A stretch of DNA of 64,000 bases from IMG/VR virus record IMGVR_UViG_3300037628_000362, positions 1-64,000 of that record, one strand, 5' to 3'. Below are positions 20,940 through 29,855 of the stretch, piece by piece; positions within the stretch are counted from its first letter, which is position 1; every line of letters begins with the position of its first letter. The DNA comes from a virus. The notes under the pieces are model-generated. The model was not told where the DNA came from. It worked only from the letters and a program-made list of their open reading frames with translations, and did not search any database. A program made the translations under genes and the position numbers.

Positions 20940-21071
20940 TAACGTCAATTAGCCTGAGCGCTGAACCGGGGCCTTGCGGCGAGTGCGCAACTGCCCGGCA
21001 ATCAGAACAGGCGGCAGAGGATAATGGATCCGGGCACTCGCCGGGTCCATTCCTTTGTTCAGGAGGCCCGT

Positions 21072-24000
21072 ATGGCCGAAGAAGGCATCAGGATCCCGTT
21101 CCCGGTCAAGGGCCTGGTCGAGAACTACGCTTTTGAGGAGCAGCCCTCGGGAACCACCGTGGACTGCGAGAACGTCCGCGCCTACGATCCAACGACAGGC
21201 CGCAGCAGGGGCGGACAGCGTGCCGGAACTAAGAACGTTCTCTCTTCAGCGATCGCCGCCGGTGACATTCAGGCGATTTCCAGCGTCACCTATAATCCGG
21301 CTCAGTCGAACACCCCAGGCACGACGCTGGAGACCCCAGGCAACCTCGTATTCGAGGACATTGCGTTCAAGACCGATGGAACCAAGCTTTATATCCTCGG
21401 AAGTGACGCCACCCTCGTCGAGCAATACACGATCACCGCCTGGGATGTTTCCACTGGATCGGCTGACAGTAAGACGTTCGATGTGTCCAGCGAAGAAGGC
21501 ACGCCAACCGGCCTGTTCTTCCGAGATAACGGCTCGAAGATGTTCATCGTCGGTCGGGCGCAGAGTAAGGTGTTTCAATACACCCTGGATACCGCCTGGG
21601 ATGTAAGTACGGCTGTTTACGACTCCGTGAGCCTGGATGTATCTGGCCAAGTCAGTACCATTGATGGAATTTTCATCGGATCTTCCGGATTAAGGATGTA
21701 TCTCGTCTCCGGAAGCACAGTTTATCAGTACAGTATGATTACGCCGTGGGATCTAAATACGGCCGACTACGATAATGTGAGCCTCTCTGTCGGGTCAACC
21801 TCGTACGGGCTGTACTTCGAGGATGACGGCACGACGATGTTCGTGGCTCGTTCCACCAGTGTCGCACAATACGCCCTCTCTACGGGCTGGGCCCTGAGCA
21901 CGGCCACCGCACTCGGGTCCATTAACGTCAACGAGGACGACTCGATTCGCGGCATAGCGTTCCAGAGCGACGGCACCACCTTTTACTTGGTTGGCAGCGA
22001 GAATGCCAGGATTTACGAGTACGAGTCCAACGCTGCCTGGAACCTTACTGGTTTCTCGACCTCCGGCACGACGGCCGTGTCAACGTTCGCGTTTGGTGTC
22101 GACGACGTGTTTTTTGACGCCAGCGGGTTACGTATGTACGTGGTGTCGTCAGGGGATGCGGCGGTCTACCAGTACGACCTGACCTTAGCATGGGACGTGA
22201 GTACGGCCAGCTACACTGAGTTGTCGAAGTCTGTGAGTGCCGAGGACACCGCGCCTACCGGGGTATACTTCAAGAGCGATGGCCTGGTAATGTGGATCGT
22301 CGGCGACACTAATAATACGGTGTACCAGTACACACTCAGTACCGCGTGGGATGTTTCCTCGGCCAGCTATGCTTCCCTGAGCTTCTCTGTGGCGACTCAG
22401 ACGACATCACCGTCCGGGATCTGGATTCAGTCTGACGGTTCGAAGATGTTTGTATCCGGAACGGCTGGTGGACTCGGTGCCGGCATTTACCGTTATAGTC
22501 TCTCGCCGGTATGGACTTTCAGTACGCCACCGTCGTATGACACTAATACGCTTGCCGTGGCGGGCGCCCACGACATATACATAAAGGGCAATAATGGCCG
22601 CCAAATATATGTCCTAAAAGACGACGGTCTGACGTACTACAATATGTCAACGGGCTTCGATTTGTCCACCGCAACCGAGTTCACTGACATTAAGATAGGG
22701 AACGCACAAACATATCGCGGACTCTCTTTTAAGGATGACGGGGGTGCCTTCTTTATCGCCGGTGGAACCACCGAATCTATTTACGGCTATACGCTTGAGA
22801 ACAATTGGGACATAAGCCTATACGAGAGCAAGTCGCTTGATGTATCGCCTGACGACACCGACCCAGAGGGACTGACATGGGGCGATAGCGGTAATTCGTT
22901 ATACGTCATTGGTAATCAAAACAACCGTGTGTATCGATACACTTGCAGTACGGCATATAGCGTAAATACAGCCTCTCTTGACAGTAACGCCAATACGACG
23001 GCGAGTGGCCATGGCGGAATAGCCTGGAGTGATGACGGGCTTCAAATGTTCTTCACCGAGACAGGGGGCACTACTGTTCAGCAATGGACGAGCACGCTAC
23101 CATGGGTATTTGGATTACCAAATAAAAGCAAAGACATCTCTGGTCAGACTAGTACCGCAGCAGACCTGGCATTCGGTGATAGCGGGAAGAAGCTGTATAT
23201 CATTGATGCGACTAAGGTTTACCAATACAACCTCTCTAGTGCGTTTAATATTGACACGGCCACCTACGTCTCAGGCAATGACCTCTCTATCGCCGCCGCC
23301 CAGGACACCGCTGCCACTGGAGTCGCCATAAGCTCCGACGGATTAAAGCTGTTCGTAGTTGGAACGTCTAATGATAAGGTCCACGAGTATACCCTAACCA
23401 CCGCATGGGACTTATCTACCGCCATCTATTCCAACTACTCGTACGATGTGAGTGAGGAGGACGGGACGCCAACTGGCATTACTTTCAAGTCGGACGGGTC
23501 GAAGTTTTACATTTCTGGGACAGGAAATGACGGGGTATTTCAGTACGATACCCGCAATAACTGGAGCACAGCCGTCCATACCGTACTGACTACATTACCA
23601 CTGGATCTCTCGACGCCACTCCGTAGCGACATTACGTTCAAGACTGACGGAGCAAAGGTTTATGTCGTTAGCGCTGGGAGCGGGATTATCGACGAGTATA
23701 ACCTTACTACGCCGTGGCTCGCTAGCACTATATCCGCCTCTATAAATAGTCTGAATGTACGATCGGAGGATATTAACCCGTCCGGCGCATTCCTGAAGGC
23801 AACCGACGGTACGGAAATCTACGTGCTCGGAAAAACGAATGCTTCCGTTTACCAGTATCACCTGTCCTCTGGCTGGGATCTGTCATCGGCAGGAGCCGTT
23901 ACGGATACCTTTAGTGTAGCGGCCCAGGATGGTTCTCCGGAAGGAATTTTCATCGGAGACTCTGGTACGAAGATGTATATTCTGGGTGGCTCCGGAAACC

Positions 24001-26417
24001 GAGTATATCAATACACCCTCTCGGTGGCCTGGGAATTAAGCACAGCACCGACGTACGCCAATAAAGCGATCTCACTCGCGGCCGTTGAGACATCTGCGAC
24101 GGGCATCTACTTCGAGGACGATGGCACGACAATGTTCATCATCGGGCAGGCGACGGGTGCGGTTCATAGATACACCTTGTCTGTTGGCTGGGATGTGAGT
24201 ACGGCAACCTACGATGGTCAGGCGATAGATGTCTCTGCCGAGGAAACAGCACCCACTGGTGTAGGTTTCCATTCAGACGGAAGTAAAATGTTCACCATCG
24301 GGACGGTCGGCACGAAGCTGTATGAGTACGGTCTGTCATCTGTCTGGGACCTTATTGACTTCACAGACGAGTTTACTGACATCGTTGAAACAGTCCCAAC
24401 TGGCATTGCCTTCAGTGCGGACGGCCTAGTGCTGTACGTTGTTGGTAGCGACACAGCAAAGGTGCGCCAGTACGACCTCACGACTGCCTTTGATACGCAG
24501 ACTGCCACCTACGACGATCTGTTTGATCTATCCACTGAGGGCACGAACCCTCAAGCCGTCTCTGTCAATGCGGCTGGTACTAGGCTGTTTATCCTGGATG
24601 GCACGAATGCCAGTATTCAGCAATACACGATATCAAGCGGCGATGTCGCTACGGCCAGCGTTGATGCCGCTGACGTTCTGGACGTGTCTGGTGATGACAT
24701 TGCACCAACTGGCATGGTGTTCGGATCGTCCGGCACGAAAATCTATGTCACGGGCCCCACGACTACTGCCACGGTTTACGAGTATACGACAACCGCCGAC
24801 GATCTGAGTACCGCTACGGCAACCGGCGAATCAAAGGTTGTCTCAGCCGAAGACACTTCGCCACAGGCTATAGCCCTGAACACCGACGGGACGAAGATGT
24901 TTGTCCTAGGAAGCCAAAACAATCGCGCCTACGAATACGCACTCGGAACGGCCTATGATCTGAGCGGAACGGTAACGTACAGCAATGCCAATCATTTCGT
25001 CGGAGGTCAGGATACGTCACCCACCGGACTGGCCTTTAATGCCGTCGGGGATCGGATGTTCATGATCGGCACAGTCACCGCTCAAGTCTGGCAGTATTCT
25101 GTCATAGCCTTCGATTTTACCGCCTTCCGGCTCCGGAGTATCCTGGCGGTTCACGAGGGAGACATCTACCGGGTCGAGTCAGGAACGGCCCTTCTTGCCG
25201 GTGGCGGGAGCGACGCACTAGACGATACGCTCAACGTGTACGTCTATGGCCAGGAGTTCTTTGGTTCGGTCTACTTCGTTGACGGCACAAACTACGTCGT
25301 GCATAACGCGGCCGGGGACACTACATTGACCTGGACTGCAACCGCCGGAACGCTGCCGGTCAATAGCACTGCGACTGCCCGCCTAATCGCCCTATACCGT
25401 GGCCGACTTGTTCTGTCCGGCGTAGTAGGAGACGATCACAACTGGTTTATGAGCGCCGCGGGAAATGCACTGGACTTCGACTACAGCCCGTCGACCGTAA
25501 CACAGACCCAAGCGACATCCGGAAATAACTCTCCGGCGGGCCTCGTCGGGGACGTTATCACTGCCCTAATCCCGGTGACCGACGATCTGCTGCTGTTCGG
25601 ATGCGATCACTCGATTTGGAGAATGACTGGCGACCCTATGGCTGGTGGCCAGATCGATCTAGTGAGTGACATAACTGGCATGAGCTTCGGGCGGGCTTGG
25701 TGCAAAGACCCCAGCGGGAGAGTGTACTTCTTTGGCAGGCGGGGCGGCGTCTTCTACACTAACGGGAGTGAGGTAAAGCGGATCAGCTCCCAGGCAATTG
25801 AGGAGCGGCTCGCGGTTATCGATCTCTCGGATCACCGAGTCGTCATGGTGTGGAACGACAGGTTCATCGGTCTGGACGTGTTCATAAGCCCGAACGTCGC
25901 TGCAAGCTCCACCACCCACTATTTCTACGATGTTCGGAACGAGTCATGGTGGCCGGTGGCGTTCACTGACACGGACCACAATCCCCTTGTGGCGGTACTG
26001 ATGGACGGGGACGACATTGACGATCGTGCCGTCTGGATGGGTGGTAGAGATGGCCAGATCCGCAGTTGGGACGCGACGGCCGACGACGACAACGGCACTG
26101 CGATCAGCAGTTACGTGGTTTTGGGCCCCATTGGAGCTACTGACAGAGAGTCTATTATCACAGAACTTTCCTGTGTCCTTTCACAAAACAGTGACACTGT
26201 GCTATACTCGGTTTTAGAGGGGAACTATGCTGAAGTGGCCTCGGCGGCCTCGGCGTCGTTCTCAGGGTCGTTTACGGCCGGCAGAAGCACATTCCATTAC
26301 CCCCGCACGAAGGGGTATTCACAATACGTTAAACTGGAAAACTCGACCCTCAACACCGCATGGGCGATTGAGGAGATTCGGGCAAGGCTGGCTCCGGCCG
26401 GCAGAAGGACATTCTGA
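21072..26417 (+). CDS. Tail nozzle/stabilization-like protein with large beta-propeller repeat insertion
   Basis: Non-repetitive N- and C-termini resemble podovirus nozzle proteins; >20 ~50-aa repeats (F..DG.KM....V.QY.LST.WD.STA); AGGAGG RBS. Confidence 0.7.
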   Translation: MAEEGIRIPFPVKGLVENYAFEEQPSGTTVDCENVRAYDPTTGRSRGGQRAGTKNVLSSAIAAGDIQAISSVTYNPAQSNTPGTTLETPGNLVFEDIAFKTDGTKLYILGSDATLVEQYTITAWDVSTGSADSKTFDVSSEEGTPTGLFFRDNGSKMFIVGRAQSKVFQYTLDTAWDVSTAVYDSVSLDVSGQVSTIDGIFIGSSGLRMYLVSGSTVYQYSMITPWDLNTADYDNVSLSVGSTSYGLYFEDDGTTMFVARSTSVAQYALSTGWALSTATALGSINVNEDDSIRGIAFQSDGTTFYLVGSENARIYEYESNAAWNLTGFSTSGTTAVSTFAFGVDDVFFDASGLRMYVVSSGDAAVYQYDLTLAWDVSTASYTELSKSVSAEDTAPTGVYFKSDGLVMWIVGDTNNTVYQYTLSTAWDVSSASYASLSFSVATQTTSPSGIWIQSDGSKMFVSGTAGGLGAGIYRYSLSPVWTFSTPPSYDTNTLAVAGAHDIYIKGNNGRQIYVLKDDGLTYYNMSTGFDLSTATEFTDIKIGNAQTYRGLSFKDDGGAFFIAGGTTESIYGYTLENNWDISLYESKSLDVSPDDTDPEGLTWGDSGNSLYVIGNQNNRVYRYTCSTAYSVNTASLDSNANTTASGHGGIAWSDDGLQMFFTETGGTTVQQWTSTLPWVFGLPNKSKDISGQTSTAADLAFGDSGKKLYIIDATKVYQYNLSSAFNIDTATYVSGNDLSIAAAQDTAATGVAISSDGLKLFVVGTSNDKVHEYTLTTAWDLSTAIYSNYSYDVSEEDGTPTGITFKSDGSKFYISGTGNDGVFQYDTRNNWSTAVHTVLTTLPLDLSTPLRSDITFKTDGAKVYVVSAGSGIIDEYNLTTPWLASTISASINSLNVRSEDINPSGAFLKATDGTEIYVLGKTNASVYQYHLSSGWDLSSAGAVTDTFSVAAQDGSPEGIFIGDSGTKMYILGGSGNRVYQYTLSVAWELSTAPTYANKAISLAAVETSATGIYFEDDGTTMFIIGQATGAVHRYTLSVGWDVSTATYDGQAIDVSAEETAPTGVGFHSDGSKMFTIGTVGTKLYEYGLSSVWDLIDFTDEFTDIVETVPTGIAFSADGLVLYVVGSDTAKVRQYDLTTAFDTQTATYDDLFDLSTEGTNPQAVSVNAAGTRLFILDGTNASIQQYTISSGDVATASVDAADVLDVSGDDIAPTGMVFGSSGTKIYVTGPTTTATVYEYTTTADDLSTATATGESKVVSAEDTSPQAIALNTDGTKMFVLGSQNNRAYEYALGTAYDLSGTVTYSNANHFVGGQDTSPTGLAFNAVGDRMFMIGTVTAQVWQYSVIAFDFTAFRLRSILAVHEGDIYRVESGTALLAGGGSDALDDTLNVYVYGQEFFGSVYFVDGTNYVVHNAAGDTTLTWTATAGTLPVNSTATARLIALYRGRLVLSGVVGDDHNWFMSAAGNALDFDYSPSTVTQTQATSGNNSPAGLVGDVITALIPVTDDLLLFGCDHSIWRMTGDPMAGGQIDLVSDITGMSFGRAWCKDPSGRVYFFGRRGGVFYTNGSEVKRISSQAIEERLAVIDLSDHRVVMVWNDRFIGLDVFISPNVAASSTTHYFYDVRNESWWPVAFTDTDHNPLVAVLMDGDDIDDRAVWMGGRDGQIRSWDATADDDNGTAISSYVVLGPIGATDRESIITELSCVLSQNSDTVLYSVLEGNYAEVASAASASFSGSFTAGRSTFHYPRTKGYSQYVKLENSTLNTAWAIEEIRARLAPAGRRTF

Positions 26418-26641
26418 TGAGAATTCCTGAGGAAAATGAAGACCTTACTGGCAAGGTTTGCGTATGCTCGATCGGGCGTCTAGGGCTGGTAGTTGGCAGG
26501 GAAGATATCGGCTGGGGTTTAACGTACGTTGGTTTGGCCCTGGATACACGAGAGTGCAGAACATGGGCTAGCAGACACCCGGTTGTAATCGCCGATAACC
26601 CCTTCGAGTATTACCGCCGCCTCAAGCCGAAGCAGAAATAG
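26417..26641 (+). CDS. Small inserted hypothetical protein
   Basis: 74 aa flanked by 11-bp direct repeat ACATTCTGATG. Confidence 0.65.
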   Translation: MRIPEENEDLTGKVCVCSIGRLGLVVGREDIGWGLTYVGLALDTRECRTWASRHPVVIADNPFEYYRRLKPKQK

Positions 26642-26653
26642 GAGAACATTCTG

Positions 26654-27721
26654 ATGGCAAAATACTTACAACCGAGCGCGGCCCCGCTATTTCAGGGCAC
26701 TGTTGGCGGGGCTGGCCCTACACCGTCTGTCGGGAAGCCGAAGCAATATCAGTACCGTGGCGGAGTCTCGGACCGCGGGACCAACGCGCTGCTTGCACAG
26801 ATGCAACAGGCTTACAATGCCGCCAATACGGCGAACTACGATCGGTACGGGCAGATCCTCGGTGGCTACGACCAGTTAGCCCAGGACACCCAGCAGCTCG
26901 CCGGCACTCAGCGGCAACAGGCTTTACAGCAGCAGGCCGGGGCTGCTCAGAGAACACTGTCTGATTTCGACGTGACCTCGGGGCAGATCGGGCGCGGATA
27001 TCAAGATCGTCTGGGCCGGAACCTCGGGTACGTCGAGGATGTGGGTGCGTACGAGCGGGACCGGATCGCCAGGTCATCCCAACAAGGCCAGGCTCGGGCC
27101 GACCAGAGTGCGATCAACCGAGGGCTGTATAATACGACCGTAACTGGGGCCATGCAGCGTGGAGTCCAGTCTGACGCGGCCCAACAGAACCTTGCACTTT
27201 CCGACCAGTTAGCCAGGATGCGAGCGGATATCGACACTCGACTGTCCGGTGACGCGCTGTCAGCCCAGCAGAGCCAGCAGCAGCAGCGGCTTGGGTACAT
27301 GAGCCAAGCTTCAGGACAGCAGGCCCAGACTCAGCGATTCTACGATGAAATGCTGGGGCGCGTGTCCCAACAGGTCCCGTCCGAACGGCTTCGTTTCATG
27401 GAGGCCAGGACTGACGAGGGGCCCAGCCAGGAATCTATGGCGAATATCATGCTCCAGGCTGGTCAGCAGGAACAGGCCCAAAAGCAGGCTGACCGGGATC
27501 GCTGGCTCGACTGGGCGAAGGTAGGGGTGGCAGGAATTGGCGCTCTCGTACCGGGTGGCGGAGCGATGTCGACGGTGATGCAAGGCATGATGCCGGGGGC
27601 GCAGACGAGGGTCCCGCCGCCATATATGTCGCCGAACGCGATTCCTTCGCCGTCTACTGGCCGTACGCAGCAGTACCGTGGCTACGTTCCTGATTTCTGG
27701 CCCAATACGATGATCGCGTAA
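26654..27721 (+). CDS. Internal virion/DNA ejection protein
   Basis: Gln/Ala-rich helical, position after tail genes. Confidence 0.65.
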   Translation: MAKYLQPSAAPLFQGTVGGAGPTPSVGKPKQYQYRGGVSDRGTNALLAQMQQAYNAANTANYDRYGQILGGYDQLAQDTQQLAGTQRQQALQQQAGAAQRTLSDFDVTSGQIGRGYQDRLGRNLGYVEDVGAYERDRIARSSQQGQARADQSAINRGLYNTTVTGAMQRGVQSDAAQQNLALSDQLARMRADIDTRLSGDALSAQQSQQQQRLGYMSQASGQQAQTQRFYDEMLGRVSQQVPSERLRFMEARTDEGPSQESMANIMLQAGQQEQAQKQADRDRWLDWAKVGVAGIGALVPGGGAMSTVMQGMMPGAQTRVPPPYMSPNAIPSPSTGRTQQYRGYVPDFWPNTMIA

Positions 27722-27789
27722 AGTTTTTGATACTTATGGCACTTATATACTTGACTCATCATATCCGGCAGGCACGAAGGGAACCTTAA

Positions 27790-28047
27790 ATGCCCAGACG
27801 TAAACGCTGTGCTCGGTGTCATCGTATTGTGGTGAAACATTTTCGGCGTACCAAATTACCCGTGACCGTGAAGCGTGATTACGAGATTGGCGAGATGGTT
27901 GACTTTCAAGCGTGCTCGATCTTTTGCGTGATGTGCCTCCATTCGTTGTCGACTACACTATACGGCGGCACATCGGAAGGCCAGAACGTTCACGTGCAAG
28001 CTTCTTCTTATGAATTTTTCCGAGTTGATGGTCAGCAAGTAGCATAG
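27790..28047 (+). CDS. Small Cys-motif hypothetical protein
   Basis: CxxC...CxxC; flanked by a 13-bp inverted repeat. Confidence 0.5.
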   Translation: MPRRKRCARCHRIVVKHFRRTKLPVTVKRDYEIGEMVDFQACSIFCVMCLHSLSTTLYGGTSEGQNVHVQASSYEFFRVDGQQVA

Positions 28048-28079
28048 TGAATAATGAGTCAAGTATCTAAGGTTTTGAT

Positions 28080-28661
28080 ATGACGCATCTCTTCGAGAAA
28101 CTGCCACTCATCGCTGACACGAAGGTTGACGTGAAGGTGCGCCGGTTCATCGCTGTCCTGCGCCAGGCTATCATCGATGGGGATTTACTTGATGAAGATG
28201 TCACGTACACCGCCGGCGGAATGATTCTCGGCGGGCTTACGGCGGGAGAACTGGTCACATCTGATAGCTCAGGAAAACTGATTTCATCGGACACAGACGA
28301 GGTTATCGACGATCGGGTGTCTGCGTTAATTCAGGACGGAACGGGCATTACGTGGACTTATGTAGATGCGTCAGACTCCCTAACGGCTGACTTACAATCC
28401 GCGACGACGGCAACTCTCGGCGGCATTCGGAAAGGGGATGCAGTCGATGATTCTGAGCAATCCGCGATAACGCTGACTGCTGTTACTGATCCTGCCGACA
28501 CTCCGGCGTCTGCGGATGCACTGCGGGACGATCTGGTGGCCAATACGATTCCTGACCTCAAGACCAGGGACACTGAACTGGAAACCGCGATTGAGACGTT
28601 GGCCGGAGAAGTTAACGATCTCCTGTTTGAACTCCGCAGCGGCGGGATTCTGAGTACGTAA
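28080..28661 (+). CDS. Putative virion fibre/needle protein
   Basis: IDDRV..L...GTGITWTY.D and AT...LGGI..G fibre-type motifs. Confidence 0.6.
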   Translation: MTHLFEKLPLIADTKVDVKVRRFIAVLRQAIIDGDLLDEDVTYTAGGMILGGLTAGELVTSDSSGKLISSDTDEVIDDRVSALIQDGTGITWTYVDASDSLTADLQSATTATLGGIRKGDAVDDSEQSAITLTAVTDPADTPASADALRDDLVANTIPDLKTRDTELETAIETLAGEVNDLLFELRSGGILST

Positions 28662-28678
28662 ACACGAGGGAGTCAATA

Positions 28679-29854
28679 ATGCCGATCACGATCAAGCACG
28701 GGGCCGACCCGGCTCTCCTTGGTAGCCTCGCCTATAGGACAGGCCAGTCTAAGGCCACCACTCAGGGACATGACCAACGCAGCCGTCAGTTCACTGACCT
28801 GGCGAACATCATCAACCAGACCGTCGAGGGCCGCTCTCGTCGGCAGTACCGCGAGGGTATTCAGGAACGTCAGGACCGGCAGTTCCAATACGGGGTTTAC
28901 CGGGACGCGATGGGTCGTGAAGATAAAGAGCGGGCGCGGCAAGACCTGTTCACGAAGGAATCAAACAAGATGTCCGGGGCCCAGTTAAGTGAAATCTCCG
29001 GCCAACTCGCACAGGCCCAGATGTCTGATCGTAAAGACGCCGACAACTGGCGTGCCCGGCTTAAACAACTCAGGGCGACTGCCCTTACTCCAGGGCAGCT
29101 CCGTGAAGGTTACGCCACACTGGCCACCGATCTTGAACGCCTCGGGATCATGCAGCAGATCATCAAGCCATTAACTAAAGACCAGAAATTCGACCAGACC
29201 GTCGTAGAAAGGGATGGAAGACAGTTTGCATTAGGCATGCGCAATGGCGAGCAGACCGTTACGCTGATCCCAGACCCGAAGACCGAGAAGGACGATGAAT
29301 TCCTGAAGGCATTTGAAATAATCCTCAGGCAAAAGGAGCTGGGCTTAAAGGACGGCGAAGTTCTCAATTACGGCGCCGCAGCCAAGGAAACTGCCGCACT
29401 TATGAGGGCAATGGCTATGTTCAAGGAAAGCCTCAAAGGTGGCGTGGAGTCCCAGTCGGCGGCGATCCCGATGCTCAATACGTTATTCCCGAACCTAGAT
29501 CAGGCACCGGTAGGCGTGCCGTCGCCGATAATGCCAGATGGCCAAGCTCCGTCGCCACCTGCTACTCAACAGCAGCAAATCGGCCCCCGCCGTGCAACGA
29601 TCAAGAAGAAGCCGGGCGTCCCAGAAGAAATCTCACGGCTTGGAATGTGGAAGAAACGTCTCGATAAGATGTCAGCAAAGATTGCCAAACCGATCGCGGA
29701 AATGAACGTAAAGGAAAAGAAGACATTACGTTCCGACTTAGATATGTTCTTGCGTGAGATAATGGAGTCGGAAGAGGCCGTACAATTAAGCGCAGAGGAA
29801 ATGGAGTTAGCCGAGCAAGTCATGGCAATCTATAAGCAGGCGGGGGATCTATAA
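28679..29854 (+). CDS. Internal virion/ejection protein
   Basis: 391 aa helical, between ejection-type genes. Confidence 0.6.
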   Translation: MPITIKHGADPALLGSLAYRTGQSKATTQGHDQRSRQFTDLANIINQTVEGRSRRQYREGIQERQDRQFQYGVYRDAMGREDKERARQDLFTKESNKMSGAQLSEISGQLAQAQMSDRKDADNWRARLKQLRATALTPGQLREGYATLATDLERLGIMQQIIKPLTKDQKFDQTVVERDGRQFALGMRNGEQTVTLIPDPKTEKDDEFLKAFEIILRQKELGLKDGEVLNYGAAAKETAALMRAMAMFKESLKGGVESQSAAIPMLNTLFPNLDQAPVGVPSPIMPDGQAPSPPATQQQQIGPRRATIKKKPGVPEEISRLGMWKKRLDKMSAKIAKPIAEMNVKEKKTLRSDLDMFLREIMESEEAVQLSAEEMELAEQVMAIYKQAGDL

Positions 29855-29855
29855 T

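Noticed and set aside
4893-21039. ATGGATCCGGGCACTC present in the portal gene and at 21024
   Set aside because: Single pair in unrelated contexts, compatible with chance.
21072-26417. Diversity-generating retroelement or shufflon targeting the tail repeats
   Set aside because: No reverse transcriptase is present, and the repeats are diverged at DNA level with no near-identical TR/VR pair seen.
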